From Anaerolineales bacterium (GTDB taxonomy: Bacteria > Chloroflexota > Anaerolineae > Anaerolineales > UBA4823), in contig JAFGJM010000016.1 in the NCBI GenBank assembly GCA_016929095.1, positions 32,535 to 96,534 on the forward strand: a DNA stretch of 64,000 nt. Direction: 5' to 3'. Position numbers and translations under genes: made by a program. The notes beneath the pieces are model-generated. The model saw nothing but the letters and a program-made list of their open reading frames with translations, made no database searches and was not told the DNA's origin. Of this stretch, positions 58,603-64,000 are shown piece after piece (positions within the stretch are counted from its first letter, which is position 1; each line of letters starts with the position of its first letter).

Positions 58603-59043
58603 GATGTCTTTACCTGTGATATTTCCATATAAAAATAAAAGACCAGCAAACACCTTGATTGGCGTATGACGATGCATTATTCATGCACGCATTGCATATT
58701 CACTTCGCAAGCGGGGCTGCGATCACCCTTCGTCAATCTGCTGGTCGAAATTTACCGGAACAACTTGCTTTCGCTGATATTCCTTGACTAGGCGGTGGTC
58801 ATGAACCCCGCCTCAAACACAAGCAAATAAACATCAATAATCTCCGTAATTATTATGAATATTTTCATAATATTATATTCTATTAGAATTATTTGTCAAG
58901 AACTTGAATTCCCTTCAACCCCCAATACAAACAGGGATATGAGGCGTAATTATTTTTCCCAATCTCGTTTCTCAAATCAGTTTTTTTTATAAATCTATTT
59001 CCTGTTTTCGATAAATACCTGGCTACCCGTTGGTTTGCGTGAT

Positions 59044-59117
59044 GTCACTGCTAGGAGCATGGCGACGAAGCAGTCTTTCCTTTGTTGACAAGACTGCTTC
59101 GCTTTGCTCGTAATGAC
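59044..59117. repeat. repeat family 1 hairpin element (diverged)
   Basis: GTCACTGCTAGGAGCATGGCGACGAAGCAGTCTT-loop-AAGACTGCTTCGCTTTGCTCGTAATGAC. Confidence 0.7.
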
Positions 59118-59135
59118 AGGCGGGCTTGTTTCTTT

Positions 59136-59175
59136 CGGAATGAAGAGTGCCTGAGAGTTACTTTATTCCGTTTTT
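59136..59175 (+). terminator. 10-bp hairpin plus T5, oriented for plus-strand transcripts, 9 nt outside the stop of the minus-strand operon
   Basis: CGGAATGAAG-N15-CTTTATTCCG followed by TTTTT. On the minus strand the run is A-rich upstream, with no U-tract downstream. Confidence 0.35.
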
Positions 59176-59183
59176 CAGTGTGG

Positions 59184-60275
59184 TTATTTCGGTTCTATCG
59201 ATACAACATTACCCAGGGCATTGATCACCAGAGTCCAATCGCTGCCAGGTTCGCATTGTAAAAACAATTGCTCATCACTGGTAACATAGGTGTAATTACC
59301 CTTCTCGGTTTGAAATACAATCCGGTAAGACTCTTCCTGGTCGCCAACACGTTGATTCCCAGTTAGGCTTACATCTGGCCATTGAGGATTTAAATCCGAA
59401 CCCTGCAATTGTACCGAATCGATTACCTGCCATTCTTGCACGGTATACTGACAATAATCGTCATAAACCCGGTATTCACAATCCTGCACTACCTCGGCGA
59501 AACCGCTGCCCGTATCTTTTGAATAGGGGGTACCACATACTTCTTCGGCGCCTTCTTCCGGTTCGGATTGCGTGTGATGATACTGCTTCTCACAATCACC
59601 AAGCACTGCTTCCTGAGGAATATCATCCAACCAATCTTTATGGGTCACATCCTGTAAATCCAGGATTGGAATCGAACGGCTCCATTGAACACTATTCACC
59701 ACTCCACTGACATCTTCTTTTTTAGAACTCAGAGCGATAAAAACGACCACGCACAGGATGATTAATAGCAATATGCCCCCAAGGACAATGCCTGCCCATT
59801 TATTGGATTTTGCGCCGGCGGCTGGTGCGGAGGGCTTTGCAGCCTCCGGTTTGGCGAGTTCCGCCAGATTTGCACCGCAGGCTGAACATGTCATGTTTGT
59901 TTCGGGATTTTTTGTCCCGCAACTGGGGCAGTTTATTTCTTTTACTGGCTCTTTTTCGGTTTTGTATGCACCCACCACTTTACCGCTTTCCCGTTTTTGC
60001 CCGCCTTTTAGATCCCCACCGCAGCGGATGCAAATAGCCGCGTCTGCCACATTGCGCGCCCCGCAATAAGGGCAGTGGATATCAGGGCCTTTTTTAGCCT
60101 GTTCAATTTTCGCCTGATCGGTAATGAGTTCTTGTTGAGGCTTTTGTTCAAATTGTACATCTGGCGGTTGAGGAGCCCCGCAAGCAAGACACATTTTTTC
60201 TGGACCGGGATTTTTCGTATTGCAATTTGGACAGGTCCATACAAGTTCTTCATAACCTAACTTTTTTTGAGCCAT
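59184..60275 (-). CDS. membrane protein with three N-terminal cytoplasmic zinc ribbons, one TM helix and a Cys-containing ectodomain
   Basis: CPNCNTKNPGPEKMCLACG, CPYCGARNVADAAICIRCG and CPSCGTKNPETNMTCSACG. TM helix WAGIVLGGILLLIILCVVVFIAL. Confidence 0.7.
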   Translation of the reverse strand: MAQKKLGYEELVWTCPNCNTKNPGPEKMCLACGAPQPPDVQFEQKPQQELITDQAKIEQAKKGPDIHCPYCGARNVADAAICIRCGGDLKGGQKRESGKVVGAYKTEKEPVKEINCPSCGTKNPETNMTCSACGANLAELAKPEAAKPSAPAAGAKSNKWAGIVLGGILLLIILCVVVFIALSSKKEDVSGVVNSVQWSRSIPILDLQDVTHKDWLDDIPQEAVLGDCEKQYHHTQSEPEEGAEEVCGTPYSKDTGSGFAEVVQDCEYRVYDDYCQYTVQEWQVIDSVQLQGSDLNPQWPDVSLTGNQRVGDQEESYRIVFQTEKGNYTYVTSDEQLFLQCEPGSDWTLVINALGNVVSIEPK

Positions 60276-60301
60276 GACAATTGCTACCCTTCCTTAATAT
60301 C

Positions 60302-61639
60302 TTATGTTTCTGCTTTTTTATCGCCCTCACCGATCCCTAGAGGCTTCCATTTTTTATCGTCTTTCAAGCGATGCTGCATACCCTGGCGGTCGTGCACCTC
60401 ATCAAAGCTGCTGGGTTTAATAAACATGTTCTCGCCATCCAATAAACCAAACACACCGGTTTGTCCTGGTTCCAGGCGTTTTTCCAATTTAAATTTTGCG
60501 GCTTTCGACGGATCATAATCTATCGGTTCCTCGTAAGTGGTCACAAAACCCTCATAATTTCGCAGCACTATCTTGTGATCCGACATGCTTAACATATAAT
60601 TAGGCTGCAACGGGATTTTACCGCCGCCTCCCGGTGCATCGATAATGAATTGCGGCACCGCAAAACCGGAGGTATGGCCGCGCAATCCTTCGATGATCTC
60701 AATGCCTTTGGCAACCGGGGTGCGGAAATGACCGGCGCCTTCCACCAGGTCACATTGGTAAAGATAATAGGGACGAACACGAATACGCACCAGGTCTTGA
60801 ACCAACTGGCGCTGTACATGGACATTATCATTTACTCCGGCGAGCAATACCGCTTGATTTCCCAGGGGGATACCCGCGCGCGTGAGGCGATCGCAAGCCT
60901 GCTCTAATTCCGCCGATATCTCATTGGAATGATTGACATGGATATTCAACCACAGAGGGTGATATTTTTGCAGCATATCGGTCAATTCATCGGTTATCCG
61001 CATGGGTAAGAAAACCGGAACGCGGCTACCAATACGCACAATTTCAATATGGGGGATTTCTCTTAACCGACTCAGGATCTCTTCCAGAATTTTTGGCGCC
61101 AGCACTAATGGGTCGCCTCCGGAAAGCAAAACATCCCGCACCTGGGGTGTGCGTTTCAGGTAGTCGAGTTGCATTTCAAACTCTGCTCGGGAGAAAGTCG
61201 CTGCAGGATCGCCTACAATACGCGAGCGCGTGCAATATCGACAATAGGTAGCGCATTGAGTGGTAACCAGCATCAAAGCCCGGTCTGGGTAACGGTGCAC
61301 CAACCCTGGGACTGGTGAATGGCGGTCTTCTGCCAATGAATCTTCCATCATCGCTGTAAAAGGTACCATTTCCCTGGCTGTGGGCACAACCTGCTTGCGG
61401 ATCGGATCGTCCGGATCATCGGGATCGATCAATGAAATAAAATACGGTGTGATATCCACCCGGAATAATTGAGCACCAGATAACGCCTTACGTTCTTCAT
61501 CTGTGAGGGGGAATATCTTTTCAAATTCATCGATGGTATTGATGCGGTGGCTCAACTGCCAGCGCCAATTTGACCACTGTTCATCCGGTACATCTGCATA
61601 TGCCGGGGCTCGCTTCGAAACAAAGGGTATTTTTGCCAT
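60302..61639 (-). CDS. kamA: lysine 2,3-aminomutase family radical SAM/PLP enzyme (KamA family)
   Basis: CATYCRYCTRS (CxxxCxxC), VLLSGGDPL, and a start at MAKIPF... behind AGGAGA. Confidence 0.85.
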   Translation of the reverse strand: MAKIPFVSKRAPAYADVPDEQWSNWRWQLSHRINTIDEFEKIFPLTDEERKALSGAQLFRVDITPYFISLIDPDDPDDPIRKQVVPTAREMVPFTAMMEDSLAEDRHSPVPGLVHRYPDRALMLVTTQCATYCRYCTRSRIVGDPAATFSRAEFEMQLDYLKRTPQVRDVLLSGGDPLVLAPKILEEILSRLREIPHIEIVRIGSRVPVFLPMRITDELTDMLQKYHPLWLNIHVNHSNEISAELEQACDRLTRAGIPLGNQAVLLAGVNDNVHVQRQLVQDLVRIRVRPYYLYQCDLVEGAGHFRTPVAKGIEIIEGLRGHTSGFAVPQFIIDAPGGGGKIPLQPNYMLSMSDHKIVLRNYEGFVTTYEEPIDYDPSKAAKFKLEKRLEPGQTGVFGLLDGENMFIKPSSFDEVHDRQGMQHRLKDDKKWKPLGIGEGDKKAET

Positions 61640-61707
61640 AGTTTTCTCCTGCAATTCTTAAAATAATGATCCCATAAGTCCGAATATTTTTTTTAATAAA
61701 AGATTCT

Positions 61708-62862
61708 TTATTTTGGGCTCAATAATACCTCTTGACTGGTGAGGTGTATTATATTTGAAAATCCATCCTGTGATTGCCAGACAATCATTAAAACCGGTGT
61801 AGATTCTGTCACCGTGAAAGGCACATCGATCATAAACAGGCCATAATCACTGGCGTCCGGTTCTGAAAGGGAGCAAACACGTTTGCCCACCACTTTTCCA
61901 TCTTGCCCTACGAATTGGATCATGATAAATTCGTCGCCATCCGGATGCGCCCTACCAGAGACCATCACCGTATCTCCCTGGATCAATGTCTTTGGAGTTG
62001 GTTGTTGAATAAAAATCGGCTGACGCATATCCAGCGCAGGGATAATATCCGATTCGCCGATTGATATTAATATGAGTGGAATGGAATTAAGCGCAACCAT
62101 TCTGCCATATTCATCTTCAGTGCTGATGGCTAAGCGCGCCGCTTCGGCAGTACCTGGTATTTCGAAATTTAGATTAACCGATAAAATCCCCTCCCCTTCA
62201 CGATTAATGTAAGGAATGGATACGATTTGCCGCACCAATATCCTTTGATCTTCGCCAAATAATTCCACACGTACCCGACGGTCATATCCCGGTTTTAAGA
62301 TAGCATAAACCGGGATTGGCGAAGCGACTCGGGAAAGGTGTCCGGGGGTACGAATTTCGATCTCCGCGGTTGGGATGAACACCTCCCCATAGGAGACCGC
62401 TGCCGGTGAGGCGACCACATTGGTTGGCGTCATCGGGATTGGAGAAGCCGTATTTTCGGATTGTGGTGTGGCTGTTTCTGTCGGACTAGACATTTCCTGA
62501 GTTGGCTGCGGTGTATGGGTCGGATCATCGATTTTTAAAGGCGGGAATAAGGTTTTCCCGGCTTCCATAGTGAGCGCCACAGCCGTTGGAAGATATTCCG
62601 TAGGCATGGGTGTAGGTAATTTTGATTTCACGGGGGCATTGCACCCACAGAGAAAAATCAACAAGATTCCCCCAATGATTAATGGAAATACCAGGCTGCC
62701 CTTTGTCCCGGCGATAGAATTGAGCGAAGCGAAAGTCCCGGCTAATTTATGCCTGGACTTGTCGCTTCGCTCTTTATACCATGGTTGAGTTTTTTGATAC
62801 TCTCCATGTGGGCGACTTGTGTGGTGTATCTTGATGATTTTCGTCTTGCGCTGCCATAGCAT
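61708..62862 (-). CDS. membrane/lipid-anchored protein with two Gmad2-like Ig-fold regions
   Basis: TM helix/lipobox LLIFLCGC, a Pro/Thr-rich linker, then two similar beta-rich halves (VRVELFGEDQRILVRQIV and IMIQFVGQDGKVVGKRV). Confidence 0.55.
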   Translation of the reverse strand: MLWQRKTKIIKIHHTSRPHGEYQKTQPWYKERSDKSRHKLAGTFASLNSIAGTKGSLVFPLIIGGILLIFLCGCNAPVKSKLPTPMPTEYLPTAVALTMEAGKTLFPPLKIDDPTHTPQPTQEMSSPTETATPQSENTASPIPMTPTNVVASPAAVSYGEVFIPTAEIEIRTPGHLSRVASPIPVYAILKPGYDRRVRVELFGEDQRILVRQIVSIPYINREGEGILSVNLNFEIPGTAEAARLAISTEDEYGRMVALNSIPLILISIGESDIIPALDMRQPIFIQQPTPKTLIQGDTVMVSGRAHPDGDEFIMIQFVGQDGKVVGKRVCSLSEPDASDYGLFMIDVPFTVTESTPVLMIVWQSQDGFSNIIHLTSQEVLLSPK

Positions 62863-62868
62863 GACCAG

Positions 62869-63234
62869 CTACTCCATCGCATATTGGTGAATGATTTCTT
62901 GGAGCGTTTGCAAACGGAGAGGTTTTTCAATATACATCTGGGCGCCGGCTGCCTTAGCTTTTTCCACGGCATCCATTACCGGACTGGCGGACAATATCAT
63001 CACCGGTATTTCTGCGGTTTCCGGTTTATTTTTTAACCCGGCGATTAATTCCAAACCATCCATATCCGGCAAGCGCATATCGGTGAAAATGAGATCCGGT
63101 GATTGTGTTGAAGCTGCTAACAATCCCTCATTTCCCGTAGCTGCCACTAACGCCTGATGACCAAAAACGGCGACAGCTTTCATCAGGGTTTCCAAGGTGA
63201 ATGGGTCGTCATCAATAAATAAAATCCTCGCCAT
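62869..63234 (-). CDS. single-domain CheY-like response regulator
   Basis: MARILFIDDDPF, DLIFTDMRLPDMDG, and a GGAGGAGG RBS before the ATG at 63234. Confidence 0.85.
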   Translation of the reverse strand: MARILFIDDDPFTLETLMKAVAVFGHQALVAATGNEGLLAASTQSPDLIFTDMRLPDMDGLELIAGLKNKPETAEIPVMILSASPVMDAVEKAKAAGAQMYIEKPLRLQTLQEIIHQYAME

Positions 63235-63272
63235 CTTCACCTCCTCCCCAGCTAATCAACTTCATCAGAGTA

Positions 63273-64000
63273 TTACAGCCCATAGATATCTGTATACTTA
63301 TTCCTCAAATATCGCATATATGGCGCGGGATCTATCTTTGAACCCGTTATCTTTTGAACAAGCTCTTGTGCATCGAATTTTGCGCCATGGTAATGAATAT
63401 TCTCGCGCAACCAGGTCAACAGCGCGCCAAACTCGCCTCGCCGGAATTGATCATCAAGATCAGGGATATCCTGGTATATTTTCTCCCACCATTGAAGCGA
63501 GATCAGGTTGCCCAAAGCGTAGGTGGAAAAGTAACCGAAATATCCATGCGACCAATGAACATCTTGCAATACACCTTCCGAATCGGATGTTGGGGTTACC
63601 CCCAGGTATTCTTTCATGCGTGCGTTCCATGCTTCGGGTAAATCAACCACTTCCAGGCTGCCTTCCATCAAGGAAATCTCCAATTCCAGCCGCAACATGA
63701 TGTGCAGATTATACGTTGCTTCATCAGCCTCGATACGGATAAGAGAAGGTTCCACCTTGTTGATCCCTTTATAAAAGGCTTCTAAACTCACATTCCCCAA
63801 CTGACTGGGGAAAAGACTCTGCAAACGGGGATAGAAATGCTGCCAGAAAGGTAATGATCGACCCACCAAATTTTCATAAAGACGCGATTGTGATTCATGC
63901 AGCCCCAATGATCTGATTTGACCAAGAATTGTTCGTGCCCGTTTCTCGCTTGCGCCCATATCATACAGCGCATGCCCGCATTCATGCATGGTGCTGAACA
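63273..64000 (-). CDS. M32 carboxypeptidase (Taq-type), C-terminal part; gene continues beyond the right edge
   Basis: HECGHALYD (HExxH), DVHWSHGYFGYFSTYALGN. The frame is still open at 64000. Confidence 0.85.
   Translation of the reverse strand, partial: FSTMHECGHALYDMGASEKRARTILGQIRSLGLHESQSRLYENLVGRSLPFWQHFYPRLQSLFPSQLGNVSLEAFYKGINKVEPSLIRIEADEATYNLHIMLRLELEISLMEGSLEVVDLPEAWNARMKEYLGVTPTSDSEGVLQDVHWSHGYFGYFSTYALGNLISLQWWEKIYQDIPDLDDQFRRGEFGALLTWLRENIHYHGAKFDAQELVQKITGSKIDPAPYMRYLRNKYTDIYGL

Noticed and set aside
58603-58900. T-box (Cys) or SAM-type riboswitch upstream of cysK.
   Set aside because: GAAGGGUGAUCGCAG only loosely resembles the T-box GGGUGGUACCGCG. I found no UGC/UGU specifier in a plausible Stem I loop, no AGAGA/GNUGGNA distal motifs, and no SAM-I, SAM-II or SAM-IV core blocks. 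It is kept only as an unclassified structured leader.
1-64000. Prophage, integrative element, defence island, or rRNA/tRNA genes.
   Set aside because: No integrase, transposase, recombinase, phage structural, restriction-modification, cas or toxin-antitoxin signatures were recognised. No tRNA-like (GGTTCGAATCC-type) or rRNA segments were seen. The only mobile-looking DNA is the short non-autonomous repeat families.

Overview
Densely packed 64-kb chromosomal segment with about 55 protein genes. I saw no rRNA, tRNA, CRISPR array, transposase or integrase. Gene content and the intergenic repeat families suggest a Chloroflexota (Anaerolineae-like) bacterium, but this is inference only. Main blocks, left to right: (1) an APC permease, a GntR regulator and a 5'-truncated MFS gene next to an extremely AT-rich tract; (2) pcm, a giant spermidine-synthase-like membrane protein, comEC and a two-subunit class I fumarate hydratase; (3) a 16-kb minus-strand run holding a complete but rearranged System I cytochrome c maturation cluster (ccmE-F-H-G, zinc-ribbon gene, dihaem cytochrome c, ccmA-B-C, repeat array, ccmD), preceded by a NarL-type two-component system and an FMN-riboswitch-controlled ThiXYZ-like (RibXY-type) ABC importer; (4) a TolB-like protein, a UPF0104/FAD-oxidoreductase pair, a methyltransferase, two tandem diguanylate cyclases and a DUF853/HerA-like NTPase; (5) clpB, hsp20, slyD, a TetR-controlled URO-D-like/PCP_red fusion, a PIG-L deacetylase and a large PAS/GAF/GGDEF sensor; (6) cysK-cysE-thiF/moeB, then a CheY, lipoprotein, lysine-2,3-aminomutase and triple-zinc-ribbon operon, then a partial M32 carboxypeptidase. 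The most notable observations are a CxxxY-type CcmE that coexists with CcmH, an unannotated ccmD split from ccmC by a hairpin-repeat array, protein modules shared among three membrane proteins, two dispersed intergenic repeat families, and the FMN riboswitch, which carries an inserted hairpin.
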